DNA of 64,000 nt, taken from assembly GCA_043228905.1 (NCBI GenBank), contig JBHGNT010000020.1, positions 14,322,001 through 14,386,000 of the forward strand. The letters are read 5' to 3'. How positions within the stretch are numbered: position 1 is the stretch's first letter; the number at the start of each line of letters is the position of its first letter. A model generated the notes under the pieces. It was not told where the DNA came from, searched no databases, and saw nothing but the letters and a program-made list of their open reading frames with translations. This stretch comes from Azolla caroliniana (Eukaryota > Plantae > Polypodiophyta). The translations under genes were made by a program, and so were the position numbers. Positions 49,501-62,989 of the stretch are shown here, in pieces.

Positions 49501-50448
49501 CATAGGTTGGACACTTGCAAGTAAAGTGGTACTCATCCTCTATCTCTATGTGACATAACCTACATATCCTTTCCTCCCTAGGGACTCCACTAGTACGGCC
49601 ATTTTCAATCTCAAGTTGGTGAGATGATATTCTAAGTTGTCCAATGGCAACCCTTGCATGTGGTAAGAATACATCTAGATATTTTGGCCGTGTGATAAAA
49701 CCTAACTCAGAGAAGTGCATGAAGTGTTTCTTATAGTACGACATTTTAGATGGGAGTGGCTCTAGTGGGGTGATCCATTTACACCGAGTGTAAATTTGCC
49801 ATATTTCTTGGCGTATTACTTTATTGCGGTTCTCATGAGAGATTAAGGTGTTATCACTCGTGTGGTTGTACCTAAGGGGAGGTAGGTTATTAATGTCTAG
49901 ACCATTCGCAAGAAGCCAAGTCACCATCATGCCATACCATGAGCTAGTATAGCCGGACTCATACAATGATCGAGAGGCCTTAAAGGCTTGATGAGATATT
50001 CTATCATGTGGTTGGCTATGTATCCTATCAATAAAGACTACAAGTTGAAAAAGTGCCTCTACTAGCATTGGGGGTAACGTGAACTCGGCCCTAATAATGT
50101 CATGTGGTACAGTCGATTTGCTTCGGAGTTGGCGTGATAGCATCATCACCAATGGTCTCTCTAATTGCGTCCACATGAAGGATGGTAATCCTGGAGCCCA
50201 AACCGCAGATGCATACATGAGGGAGGGGGTCACTAATGAGTCAAAGAGCCACCCTTTAGTCCGTGGCTCTTGAAAGTGTGCTTGGTGGCATTGTCTCTCT
50301 AGGAGTGAGAGGGATGCATGTCCTCTCGTGAGTCTATCCTTCGCTGCCTGTGTCATCGAAACAGGGGGATGAGGTCGTAGCTGGTGCTCATTGCAATGAC
50401 ATTAATCAGCAAAACAGGGACATTAATCCATCCCGAAAGCACAGCCAT
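43586..50448 (-). pseudogene. Malectin-like domain LRR receptor-like kinase (LRR-I / IOS1-like), disrupted
   Basis: Exon 1 MAVLSGWINV..., exon 2 48113-48743 (GFLSIDCG...YLIRATF...PFINSLELRPL), exon 3 (RYPDDAFDRFW), LRR exons at 46637-46902, transmembrane exon ~45896-46131, kinase exons ([35 protein letters not shown]), stop at 43586. A LINE splits exon 1 and an in-frame TGA lies at 46083-46085. Confidence 0.92.
48839..50357 (-). mobile_element. 5'-truncated non-LTR retrotransposon (LINE, RTEX/RTE-like C-terminus) with a (TTTC)n tail
   Basis: Uninterrupted 434-aa ORF 49052-50356 with post-RT segment (LMYASAVW) and LRISSHQLEIENGR...CRLC...EDEYHF..CP.Y motif. 3' UTR ends in (TTTC)6; TTTC is present at both flanks. 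Confidence 0.88.
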
Positions 50449-51081
50449 TCCAATGGATGGTCGATGATTACATGAAGTACTGGATTATTCAAGCAAATCC
50501 GGTTATGCATTGGCCACTATAAGTAAACGGAAAGAAGATGCCATGCCACAAGTGGTTGGAAATAATGATGATCATGTCATTAAATAGAAGAGATGAACAT
50601 AATTTGCTCATTATTTTCTCTTTCTTTGGCTTATGACCGAGTCCTAAATCCCACATTGCTATTTCTATTTTTATTTACTGTGTATGTATGTCCCAATTCT
50701 TGAGACCAATGAATTCTGATTGTTTGGAAATAAAAAAAACGCCCTTCACAACGCCTCTTTGACTCATAAGTCTCTACACAGAACACGTAGTATGATGGCT
50801 ACCCGTTGGGAGTCCACCCATTGGAACTGGGTTGGGACAGACCATGGTGGCGTCCCCTTTGGGACTAGGACTAAGACTAGGATTGGGCCCCCTAGTGGGT
50901 CCCATTCATTTTTTGAGTTATCTGTCCTAGACTCTAGTTGGGGGAGAATAGGAACACGATAACATTTGTCCTAGGGTGAATGTTTGTGTGTGTATAAAAC
51001 GTAATATGTCAAGGTGGGTATCGACAAATAATCTAACCAAAACCATCATTGAGGGAGACGAGAATAATAGGCTCTGTCCCG

Positions 51082-51590
51082 TTCTCAAGCAAGTGGATAT
51101 CAAACCATGTCAAAATTTCTTGTGAATGTGTGGGTCATCTCAAAATCTACAATGCTACAGGGTTTCCTCATTGATCGATTCAAAAATACGGTCCCACAAA
51201 TCATTTACCATACCTCGTGACTCAAAGTGGAAGGAAGTTAAAGATGTTCTCAGGCAAATGGATATCAAACCATGTCCAAATTTCTTGTGAATGTGTTTGT
51301 CATCTCAAAAACTACAATGTTATAGCCTATGGGGTTTCCTCATTGAGCGATTCAAAAATATGTTCCCACAAATCATTTACCATACCTCGTGACTCAAAGT
51401 GGAAGGAAGTTAAAGATGTTCTCAAGCAAGTGGATATCAGACCATGTAAAAATTTCTTGTGAATGTGTGGGTCATCTCAAAAACTACAATGCTATATAGC
51501 CTATGGGGTTTCCTCATTGAGCGATTCAAAAATATGGTCCCACAAATCATTTACCATACCTCGTGACTCAAAGTGGAAGTTAAAGATGTT
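51082..51590. repeat. Three tandem copies of a ~170-bp unit upstream of the kinase gene
   Basis: TTCTCAAGCAAGTGGATATCAAACCATG...GGAAGTTAAAGATG occurs three times; one copy in the paralogous region 54540-54702. Confidence 0.92.
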
Positions 51591-52309
51591 TGCACTTTGT
51601 TGCATAGGATATAGGGGCATGTTAACTTCTTGTCCAATTTACATCTATTGTTAAGGTGCGAAGTGATTATGTTATTTGAATTGTGAACATCTATTTTATC
51701 AATTCTTTAATATTTCAATTAAGTTATCCATCTCTATAAGTGAGAATTTCTATCCAATTAATTGTTATAAACTCAATCATTGGTTCCTATCCAATGTTTG
51801 GTTTACATGCAACATGATCGAGCACTTTAGTTTCTATCTAATTAATTATTTTAGTTGCTATCTAAGAAATTCTTTTAATTCAATCCAATGACATTTATTC
51901 CTACCTACATAATTTAAATTTTAGTTTAATTTCTATGGTCATTCTTCTTGTTCCTTTACGGTCTCTTGGTGGAAATGCTAAGCTATTCAATCAGCACACG
52001 TATCTAAATTGATATAACGTAAAAAATAAAGTATCTTTCTCAGCGTTTATTCACTCAGTTTTATATTAGAAACAATATTTGTATTCATGAAAATACATAG
52101 TAAAAAAGAAAGTAACTTTTTGTGCATTTATGTACTAAGAAACAATAGTTTTTATTTATGAAATTATGATATTATATGATTGAACTTTGATGTAAGAAAG
52201 ACTATTATTATATCAAGCAAATTGCTAGATACATCTAAATTTTGGTACTTCCAAATTTTAGAGTTTAGGGTTTAGTGTTTAGGGTTTAGGGTTGCAAATT
52301 TGAATATAT

Positions 52310-53181
52310 TAATGACACTTCATGAGTGGCCATCGACATTGATTGGTAATTTGATTCCATTCTTATGGCCTCACATAGGTCATTACAATTTTCAAACACT
52401 AACCATTGTAGAACTCTTTATTCCTTCAAAACGGACACATGCCATGGCGATCTTTGCAACTTTCCATACAGAAGACAGATTATACTCATTTTCAAATCGT
52501 TTATCCACAACATTTTCTATCACTCCTGTTTTGTATGAAGGTTTTACTTGTCTAGCAACAAAAAAATTACAAGTTTACTGAAACGTTAATATTTAATAGG
52601 ACATAAAAATGTCTCAAGTGGTTTGTTATCATACCCATTCTCTGATGTAGATATCTTCAGTTTTTGTTTCTGGATCTTTAAGAATGGGCCGTTGTCCACA
52701 TAAAGCTTCAAGGAGAACCACCCCAAAACTATATATATCAACTTTCTCAGTCAATTGTATTTGGATGCATACCTATATCATAAAACAACTTTTGATGATA
52801 AGCATAATTGACTATGATCAAAGGAAGTTATACCAATCGTGAACTCAAATCTTACTCAGGATCTATGTATCCTAGAGTACTAACAAGCCTTGTGTTGGAT
52901 TATCTCCATTATTGGATGTAAGTTTCGATATTCCAAAATCAGACACCTTCCCTTCTAGATTTCCGAATAATAAAATATTACTATTGTTCACATCTCTATG
53001 AATGATATTGAATCTGTAGTGTAGATATGCAAAGCCTACACACATAAAAAAAAAACATTATTTCAACATAGATTATGAAAATAATTTATATGTTAATGAA
53101 TTTGTTTTTGTTACCCTATGCTGCATCAGATAAAATTTGTAATTCTCACACCATCGAAGAGTTTGTGATGCATTTCTTCCT
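52310..53181 (-). pseudogene. Kinase-domain fragment of a paralogous LRR-I receptor kinase
   Basis: Exons encode [59 protein letters not shown] and YSLSSVWKVAKIAMACV. Frameshifts; 5' part absent. Confidence 0.88.
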
Positions 53182-53329
53182 TTTCAATTGCGAACAAAAA
53201 TATATTATTAGATGGAAATGAACCTTTAATAATGATAAATCCATGAATCAGTTGAGAGTAAGTAGCCTATACATGAATTGGTTGTTGCATGAATATAAAG
53301 CTCATTTCTCTTTCAGATTTCTTTGACTA

Positions 53330-54970
53330 TGACTGAGTCATAAAGCCCACATTGCTATTTTTAATTTTATTTCCTGTGTAACATCAAAATTCCCTGATAA
53401 TTTCCCAATTCTAGAGACCAATGAAACGTCATTCTGAAAGCATTTTAGAACGCCTCTTTGACTCATAATGCCTCTCTAAGCACATTAAATTCTCATTGAA
53501 CATTTGAAATATGGAACACATAACTACAAAAAGGATCAATAAAAAGTAAGGGGCTATTTGTGCAATTTCAGCACCCCTTTTTTACTTCTAAGTTCTACTT
53601 ATTATGCCATCGTAGACGGATAGCATAGTAGTGGCAAAATAATCAGAGAAGTGACATAGAGAAGATAGAGAGAGATAAAGTGCCTAAATGAATGTAGCTC
53701 AGTTGGTAAGGTTCAAGAAGGTCTTGGATTCAACCCCTATATTCTATAGTGGCATCTAGTAAAGTAAAGACGGTATTGGATTCAACCCCTACATTCCACA
53801 ATAGCATCTAGTAAATTCAGAGATATGTATGGAGCAATATGTAGTGCTAGTAGTGCAATAACTAATCTTGTTAAAAAGAAAGAGACATAGAGTGAAAGAG
53901 GAAAGTCGAGCACCTTAACTTATGTGATAGAGAGTCAGAAGATCCTCTTTCCACCAATGTCACACACTGCTCACATACATGTCAAGAAAAGTATGTGTTG
54001 GTGGAAGGACAAGGAACTGTGATATCAAATGTGGTCTAATTCTAATGTAGTCTTAAGGAGATGCACGGATCAATGCCTAGCTTTTTTCTTCCACATGGGG
54101 ATCACCTATTTTCACTTGTCAATATTGACTACTCGTTGGGATTAGTAGTATGATGGCTACCCGTTGGGACTACCCATTGGAGCTAAGTTGGGACAAACCA
54201 TGGTGGTGTCCCCTTTGGGACTGGAACTAGGATTGGGGTCCATTCATTTTTGGGGTTGTGTCCTAGTTGGGGGAGAATAGGAACACCAAAGCCTTTGTCA
54301 TACCAGGGTGAATGTTTGTGTGCGTAAAACATGATATGTCAAGTTGGGTATAGACAAATAATCTAACCAAAACCATTATTGAGGGAAAGGAGAATAGTAG
54401 GGTTTTGGTCTCACGTAATATGTCAAGGTGGGTATCAACAAATAATCTAAACAAAAACATTAATGAGGGAGAGGAGAATAGTAGGCTTCTAAACAAAAAC
54501 ATTAATGAGAGAGAGGAGAATAGTAGGCTTTGTCCTAGTCTCAAGCAAGTGGATAGCTACCCATGTATAAATTTCTTGTGAATGTGTGGGTCATCTCAGA
54601 AACTACCATGCTATGGGGTTTCCTCGATGAGCGATCCAAAAATACGATCCCACAAATCATTTACCATACCTTATGACTCAAGGTGGAAGGAGGTTAAAGA
54701 TGTTTGCATTTTGTTGCTATAACTTATAGGAGATAGGGGCATGTTAGCTTATTGTCAAATTACTAATTTGTTTTTTAAAGTGCGAAGCTATTATGTTAAT
54801 TGAATTGTGAACATCAATTTTATTGCAATTAAGTTATCCATCTCTTTAAGTGAGAATTTCTATCCAATTAATTGTTATAAACTCAATCATTGGTTCCTGT
54901 CCAAAGTTTGGTTTACTTGCAACATAATGGAGCACTTTAGTTTCTATCTGCTTAATTATTTTAGTTGCTC
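53330..54970. repeat. Segmental duplicate of the kinase upstream region 50630-51860, with a ~0.7-kb insertion at ~53470-54140
   Basis: Long colinear matches, e.g. GTAGTATGATGGCTACCCGTTGGGA at 50788 and 54146, and AAGTTATCCATCTCT..GAGAATTTCTATCC at 51721 and 54831. Confidence 0.9.
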
Positions 54971-55009
54971 CCTTTTATTTCTATCCAATTGGCTTTCATT
55001 TCTACATGC

Positions 55010-55366
55010 GTCGTTTGGCTTAGCCAGCTTGAAAACGGCTTAGCTGGCTTGAGCCGGTTTGGCGAGGCTCAAGCCAAGCCGAGCCAAGCTCAAACCGTTA
55101 AGGCAAGTTCAAGCCTAAATGAGAGAGAGAAAGAGAGAGAGGGAGGGACACAATAGACAAGGGGAAAGAGAGAGAGGTTTCCAAACCGGTTTCCAAGCCG
55201 GTTTGGAAACCAGTTACCAAACCATTTCACAAACCAGTGTAGCCTAAACCAGTTTGTGAATCGGTTCGGTTCAAGTTTGAGATCCTCGAAATGGTTTAGG
55301 CTTAGCCGGTTTGGCTTGGATCAGGCCAAACCGGTTAAGCCTAAACCGAACTAGTGCCGATCCCTA
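55010..55366. mobile_element. Non-autonomous DNA transposon/MITE-like remnant with AAACCGG subterminal repeats; partial copy at 43105-43215
   Basis: TTCAAGTTTGAGA...GGTTTAGGCTTA...GGTTAAGCCTAAAC is shared with 43130-43210. Ends ATCCCTA, a hAT-like terminus. Confidence 0.5.
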
Positions 55367-55405
55367 GTTTCATCTGCAAACATAAAGGCCACTTAGCTAA
55401 GGAAT

Positions 55406-56134
55406 TGTTGGGATTTCGGTCCCTCCGAATGGGATATGAGTACCCGGCAAGGAAGACCCGGTGAGAACCGGATGACGTAGGCCCGGTCAGAACCTCTCAC
55501 TGAATGAAGAGACATATATGAAAATATGTTTCTGAGAGCCCATTGGGGCTATATCTGTAAATAGTCCTAATGTCATATTAGTATAAATATGACCTAGAGC
55601 AACTAGAATGTGTATCGTTGTATTGTCATTTTTGTTGTATAGAGTTATTGGTGTAACTGCTGTACAGAGCGTCGTAGAGAGAGAGAGAGATACAAAGTGA
55701 TTCTCTGTTGTAACCGCCGCCAGGTGAAGACTACGAGCACGAGGTCGTTGTCCTTGTGCTCCCTTGTTGTATTCTCCTTACATAGTGATAGTTTGGAGTC
55801 CGTGGGCTCCCGTGGTTTTTTCCCATTTTGGGTTTTCCACGTTAACATACTGTGTACACTCTCTCTTGCTCTATTGTTCGTGTGTATACGTGCATTTCTT
55901 CCTATTCCCATCTTTCTGTGGTTGATCCTAAGACTCGGTTGTGGCTGAGCAATATTCCGCATATTCTTGTCAAAGTGGTATCAGAGCGAAACGACACAGA
56001 AAATGGAAGATTCGTTGGGAGGCATATTCAAGCTCATCAGCTCCAACTACTCAGTATGGAAGTTGAAAATGAGGGACATGCTCGTGGTTAAAGATCTTTG
56101 GTTGCCGGTTCAGTTTGGGGACAAGAGACCAGAC
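55406..56134 (+). mobile_element. 5' end of a Copia element of the C family (LTR, PBS, gag start), truncated
   Basis: LTR 55406-55972 begins TGTTGGGATTTCGGTCCCTCCG like C; PBS TGGTATCAGAGC at 55976; gag MEDSLGGIFKL...KDLWLPVQFGDK. Cut at 56135 by a sequence starting with TG. Confidence 0.88.
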
Positions 56135-56940
56135 TGTTATTCCTTAGGGCCGGACAATGGCCTAACACAGGGTGCCTACGGAAGACACTTCACCAAATGG
56201 GTGCTACGGCGAGATAACTTAAGACTCAATGATTAATTAGACTTTAATTGGTTACTTAGCAGTATGGCATTAGACTTGATACACGCGTATGATAGAACAA
56301 TTAGCACAGAACGATAATCAACACTTAAAGATAAAACAAGAAGCTCTATTAATTATCCGTCCAAGTTTTACATTGTAACCGGGCCTTTATATAGGTCACC
56401 GGTGCTGAGTACAAAATGGTGCCAACCGGCACCTGTTCGGAACCGGTCCGGATCCAGATCGGCATACCGATTCCGATTCGTCCGTTCACGTCTCATAAAC
56501 TACTTAATTATAATAGATTCCGAATATACAATCCCTTTCACATTCTGGTCTTTAACTCCTTTGTCGGTCGGGTAACACATGGCACGCCCGTGGGACAGTA
56601 CCTTGTACGTCGAATCCCACTATCCGGCCCCTTAGTCTTCGTCCAAGATATCCAGAATACTCTGCTCCAGGGTGTCCAATGGTTCTTCGGGAATCTGTTG
56701 TTGCTGCTGTTGTGGCTGTTGTTGCTCCGGCTCTAGCTCCTTCGACTGTTGCTCCTTGGATGGCGTATGTTCGGCTCCCGGTACTGGCGATTGTGGCGGT
56801 GATTCCTCCGTCAGCTGCTCTGCCGGATTTGACTCCGGTTGACTCACCCCAGCCTTATCCCCGTCGGGTCCTTGCCCCGGTGATGGCTCCTCATCGTTGA
56901 GGTTGACGGTCGCCGCCATGCTTCTGTAGTGCACTCAAAC
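56135..56940 (-). mobile_element. Probable LTR plus 3' internal remnant of another retroelement, with a short acidic/Gln-rich ORF (56632-56934)
   Basis: Abrupt TG start inside the Copia gag, TATA-like TTTATATA at ~56386, low-complexity ORF. Confidence 0.4.
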
Positions 56941-59229
56941 ACTCATGACTGGAAATTGGTCCCAATGTATGTCAACAAAGACTTGAGTTATCCCAAAAGC
57001 AGTAGGGATAGTCCCAAACAACCCCAATCAAAGTTGGCTCGATAGTCCTAAGGAGTCATAAGCAAAGTTGGGTCAAGTTGTAGTCCCAAACAATGCTAGG
57101 AAAGTCTCGATCACCACGTAATCACAATCACAATCTAAGTTGGGACTCATTAAAAGGAACCAATCCAAGTTCCTACGACAAGAAAGGTGCCATCCTAGGT
57201 TGGGATAGTTAGTTCCAACGACTAGTCCAATGGCCATAGCTTGGCCTATATAAGGAAGAGCCCCTCCTCATATTTTCTTGATTGTTGCTATCTCGAAATT
57301 TTGGCGCCAAAAATCCAAAGTGGTAATAGTCATCAATTGGCAATAGAAGATGAAGAGCTATCATGAGATCATTAGAAGATTCAAGTTTTGTCAACAAGTG
57401 TATAATAATGGGATAGCGAATCAAAAGGTTGCGTAAAAGGCCATTGATCATAGACTCCTATATCTTCTTTTGTTTCTCAATGTCTCGTCATCTGATTTTC
57501 TGGATTTTCTTTCTTTCTAGATTCGAACCTCAAACGTATCTTGCTACAAATTTCTTGAAATTATTGTGAACCATTGTAAGGATGTTTTATTAAATTGTAT
57601 GTAATTGGGAACCTTTGTGTCTTGTGGTACATGAGGATTGTCACATATTTTTTGAACTCACTGGCATGAAATCTTCTAACAGCATATAGGACATGGTGCT
57701 GAATTTTGTATAGTTGATGGATTGATTTGCGAGCATCTAGAAAGTTCTAGGAGAATGTATACGAAATTTTAGATCATCACTGGGAATTTTTGAGAAGTTA
57801 CATGAATACTAACGTTTTGGACTAGTGCAAGGGAAACCGATGAGACCATCATATATGTACGTACATACGTAAACTAACTATCTATATATAAATACACCCT
57901 TAGTCCATACATATAGAAATATACATATAGTCCTTACAAGCAATGCACCTATGTGTATACTTACCCATACATACCGAGACACCTTATACACATACGAACC
58001 GAGATACATTTACACATATACATACGAATATACACTTACATATACATCGTGTGTTGGCATGGCAGGCCATCACAAATTCTCCAATATATATGTCGATGAA
58101 CACATCCTGAGTCTAACCCCTAAACCCTAAACCCTGTTTCCGACATGACTCGCAAGAGCTATTCTACAGGTAGACCTTCTCCTCGCCCACTTGTAGCTTC
58201 CCATCTAACGCCTTCTGTCAACCACAGTTCGCCAGCACCATCACGCACAAATCCTGCTTCTCCTCCTACTCCAGTACAACGATCTGGCGATGGAGTTACG
58301 CTTGGAAACATTGATGGAGCCATTGCTGAGAGAATGGCTTTTGAACGGAAAGTGCAAGTGCGCTCAGACTGGTTGATTCTGTAATGTGACCTCGTGTTGT
58401 TCAGCATGAACATATTACTGTAAATAATGCTGGATCAGTTGATTTGTCCACTTCAACTTAGGTGCAGAACTCTATTCCTGATTAGTGCACATCTCGGGCT
58501 ATTCTTTTAAAGATTGTGTTAACTCGAGTCGAAGTGGCATTGAAAAATGCCAATTCTACCTTGATATGCTTAACAAGTGCAGGAATGGTCCAAATGTGGG
58601 CCTCTGAGGTAAATACGACCATGGGCTTAAAACATGCTTTTAAAACTGGATTTATACGTTGAATCACAGTACTGGTGAAGCGAATTTTTAGCATACGAAT
58701 AATGGAATGTAATGGACAATGAATTGCAAAACTTGATTAGGAAATAACCAACTTCTGGAAGCAACAGACATTACATCAATAAAAAAGAAACAATCACACA
58801 TACAGCACATATATATACATACAAAAAGCTGTGCAACATGCGTATACATACCGATCTCTATATCAATATATATATGCACATGTGATGAATACAAATAGAG
58901 AATTGACTACAACCTACAATTATCTCTCTACAGTTCTGGAGATGCAAAATCCCTTGTTCAGTGAGTTGGGTTGTAATCATCTCTTTCATTGGGTTGTAAT
59001 CTTTGGTCCTTTAGTTTGGTCTATTGAATGGTGAGATGCATTTATTTCGCTTATTCATATCGGTAGTTGACACGGAAGAGTAGCTAAGGTTAAAAGCTCT
59101 CCCTCTCTTTTAGGACTTAATCTTAGCAGCTGCCCCATACAAAGACGTAATTGTGGCAAACTTAAGTAATTCTTCTTCTTCTCGTTTAGCTTTAGCGTGC
59201 CAACGGATAACTAACTATCGACCATCAGA

Positions 59230-61117
59230 ATGGCCGTGCTTTCTGGATGGATTAATGCCCCTGTTTTTCTCACTAATTTCATTACAATTAGCACCATCTA
59301 CGACCTCATCCTCCTCCGCACTCTGGCTCAAGAAACGTTCTATATTCATGCAGCCATTCATAGATTCACGAAGTCTGATTGATAGATTAAATCATCAATG
59401 TTTATAATATTTAAATTGCAGCGGAGTTCCTGAGTGTAGATTGTAGATCACCGGACAAGTTCAACTACACCAACTCATTGACAGGGATGAACCCCACATG
59501 GACGCCAGACACCGCGCTTTGGTCGAACATTGATCTGCCACCATTGATAATGTGAACCTGCCCACCAACATGACGGATGAGAAGCAGTACTCCCCTCTGC
59601 GCTATTTGCCCCGCCAAGTTCTGCTACACCCTGCGCGCCATTGCCGGCAACTACTACTTGATCCGTGCTGCATTCTGGTACGGCCCTCAGTCAGATTTCA
59701 CGTGATTGTGGACAACTACGAAGGTGTGGAGATCGTAATTGATGTACCGCAGAAATATCCATGGTTTGAAGAGATGTACATTGAAGCGATGCGCCATTCA
59801 TAAACTCGCTGGAGTTGTGTCCGCACCCTCAAGATATGTAATCAGTGGCCATGATCAGTGTATCCACAAGACTTAGGCACCTTGTTGAATGACCCATCCA
59901 TCCTAAGGTCGGTACTTCTTTTAATTCTAGAAACATGAACTAGAATCCTAATAACACTAGTGTGGAGGTTTGATGCTCTACAATTTATTTCATGGGTTGC
60001 AGGTATTCAGATGACTCATTTGATAGGTTCTGGTGGAGATATGTAAATGGCCACAGAATGTGATACAGACTACCTACCATGTGGATGTGGACGACATACA
60101 TGAGTATCCTTCCATGGCGGTAATGCAGACCAATTTCATTGCAACAGATATTGTCATCAATTTACCAGAAGATTTCAGAGATATCTTGACTACAAGTACA
60201 GCGACAGGCAGCCACGCGTACTTCGTGGCATTGTTCTTGGCGGCATTGTTCTTGGCTGAGATCGATCCCCGCGTCAACGCCTCTGGCCAACGAGTGTTCG
60301 ACGTAACTGTCAATGGGGATATGTTTGTAGAAGGCATGGACATTTACGACCAGACTCTAGGCCCAACACATTGGGTCCGTACCCGAGACAACATCAAAAT
60401 TGAGGCTAAAATCAGATCGAACTCATTATATCCTGTTTCGATTGCTGGAGCCGAGGTCTTGCAGCTGTTTCACAACCCCATGAATTTACTTGTCTATTTC
60501 TTCTAATTCATCATTTTTATTTTTATTTGCTCTTTTTTAGGGTTTGTTTTTACTATTTTTTAATGCATTGAAACTCAAGGAAAACACCCAAAACTCCTCA
60601 ACTTTTGATGGTCTTGCATGTTTATTTTTATATCATAGGTACGCATCCACATTACAATTGACAGAGAAGATTGATATATATATCTTTGGGGTGGTGCTAT
60701 TGGAAGTTTCATGTGGGCTACCGCCCATCTTGAAAGATTTAGAAACAAAAAATGGAGATATTCACATTGTGTAGTGGGTATGATAACTAATCATCTAGAA
60801 ATTACATGATAGTTGAGGAAATTTTGAAGAAACTTTGTATATGTTCTATTGTTGTGTAGGTAAGACCTATGTATGAGTGAGGGATTATAGAAAACATTGT
60901 TGATGAACGACTTCAAAATAATTATAATTTATCATCCATATGGAAAGTCGCAAAGATCGCCATGACATGTGTCTAGTTTGAAGGAGCAAAGAGACCTACA
61001 ATGAATGTTGTTTGTAACGAGCTAAGTGAAGCCATAGGAATGGAATCTAGTCATGAGTCCTCACCATGGACCACCACCGACGTTTTATCAATCTATTCAC
61101 ATGTACAAGTTCGTTGA
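59230..61117 (+). pseudogene. Internally deleted paralogue of the malectin-LRR receptor kinase
   Basis: Exon 1 MAVLSGWINAPV, decayed malectin exons (59421-59907, 60003-60484), then a direct jump to the intron before the last two kinase exons (60639-60777, 60860-61117). Several stops and frameshifts. Confidence 0.9.
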
Positions 61118-62989
61118 TGAATAAGGTTGTTGAGTAGTGAAGCTCACATGTATATATGCATAGCCTATACATAAATATGTTGTTTTTGTCTTCAAAGTAA
61201 AGTAATCTTTAGTCATAAAAATCATTACATTTACTATATTGGGTAAATATTTATTTCAAAACATTGTTGTGCTTGATTCTCTCAACTCATTAACCACATT
61301 AATCTATTGAGAGTAATTTGATATCGGGTTGTTGGAGAGGAGCGTATAGACTTCAGTTTACGTTGGTTTGATTAGTTTATCAAGCTTGTGCAGGTATTAG
61401 ATCATATTGGTGAGATTATTTACACAATGTATAAGAATTCCTTCCATATTGCTCTTTGGCATGTTATGTGTAATGTTTGGCAATGAAATATTGTGTCTAA
61501 TTATAAAGTTTCCACATAGTCTACTTTTTCTAGCGCTTTTAGTCCAACTCCATGAAGACAATTTTAATCTTCTGAATGAAGTTTCTAGTCCATTTTCTAG
61601 TCTTTATTGGATTCATTCATGTTTCATTAATCATGAGGGAAACTAGGAAGAGAAAACCTTCCGTCAATAGTTGTGGTGCTTAATTCGTCTGGAGTGCATG
61701 GAGAATGAAATAGATGAGATCCAAACTAATTCTCACCTTTAGAAAGGTTTTTCCTATCTTCCAGACTATCACATCATAGGCATGGATTGTGCACGAGAAT
61801 GATTCCATCCTATGCAACACAACCTCCCATTCCATCTTCATGTATCTCAAGTCTACATTCACATATATGGAGGTCATCGAGTGGATGAATACCTCATGAC
61901 ATAATCATTCGCTCTTTCTGAATACAAAGAGCCTATACAATGAGACAATGTTTTCTTCCTTCACATGTTTAGAAATTTTATACTAGGATTTCCTTCCAAA
62001 ATGTTACATTTTGAACTCCCATGCATTCTAGCCTCCCTTCCCACCTATGAAAGCTTCCCTTGGATCTCCCTTACATGTTTTTCGAGTTGGATCCTTCCAT
62101 TATAGTGAGATTGTGAGGAGACCCTTACCACTCATCACATTCTTAAGTCTTTAATATTGAGACCCAAGAAAGGTCCGTTGTCAATCCTTACTCTATCTTC
62201 TTAGATTCTCCTCATACATTCATGCACATCTGTCCATTCATCCCTTCCTTTAGTATTCCTTGCATTTGAGCCACTCTAAATGATTGCTTCATGTGTTCTT
62301 CAAGATTACTACTATATTGTCACTCGTAGTATGAAGTAATCAACCCTCCTAGATTGTATCTTAATGTTAACATTCATCAATTGAAGGTTGTCTGTCTTCT
62401 ACACTCACCAACCTTGGTATAAAACTCAAAAATATGAATGAATGTGCCATATAATGTGGGTGAATATTTTACCAATGCCCAAATTTCCCTTTAAAGGTCT
62501 ACGACAACTTATAGCATGACTTAAACGACACAAGAAACTACAACCAACAAACTAATTGGATTGAACCCATTCTGGATTGAGTACAGTTTTCATTCAGACA
62601 TTGTCATAGTTTCAATTTATTAATCTTAATTTCTACCTATATCTATATTATCTTAAGAAGCTCCCATATTTGTACTCATTCATTATTGTGATTGTTTTCT
62701 TTGATTTTAATATATTATATCTTTCAACATTTTTTTAGGGTTTATCAAAAAGTCTCCTAGATTGCATTTCTTTTCTCTCTTTTTATTTCTTCCTGATTTT
62801 GTTCAATCAAAGCTTCATAGCATCACAGATTAATAATGACTATGTGTTCTTTGTGTGTAAAACACAGAGAAACTAAACTATGGAATCAAATGGTTATTAA
62901 CCACATTTTTATCCAGAAAATGATTGTAGCAAATCATAGATATTTATAAGAAATAACATACTTGAAAACAAGACCTTGTTTTTGGAGGA

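Noticed and set aside
58145-58700. Short ORFs possibly from a gene or transposase fragment
   Set aside because: No recognisable motif or splice structure; cannot be supported without a homology search.
61600-62420. Purine-biased minus-strand stretch that may be a decayed transposon coding region
   Set aside because: Too degraded to assign by eye.
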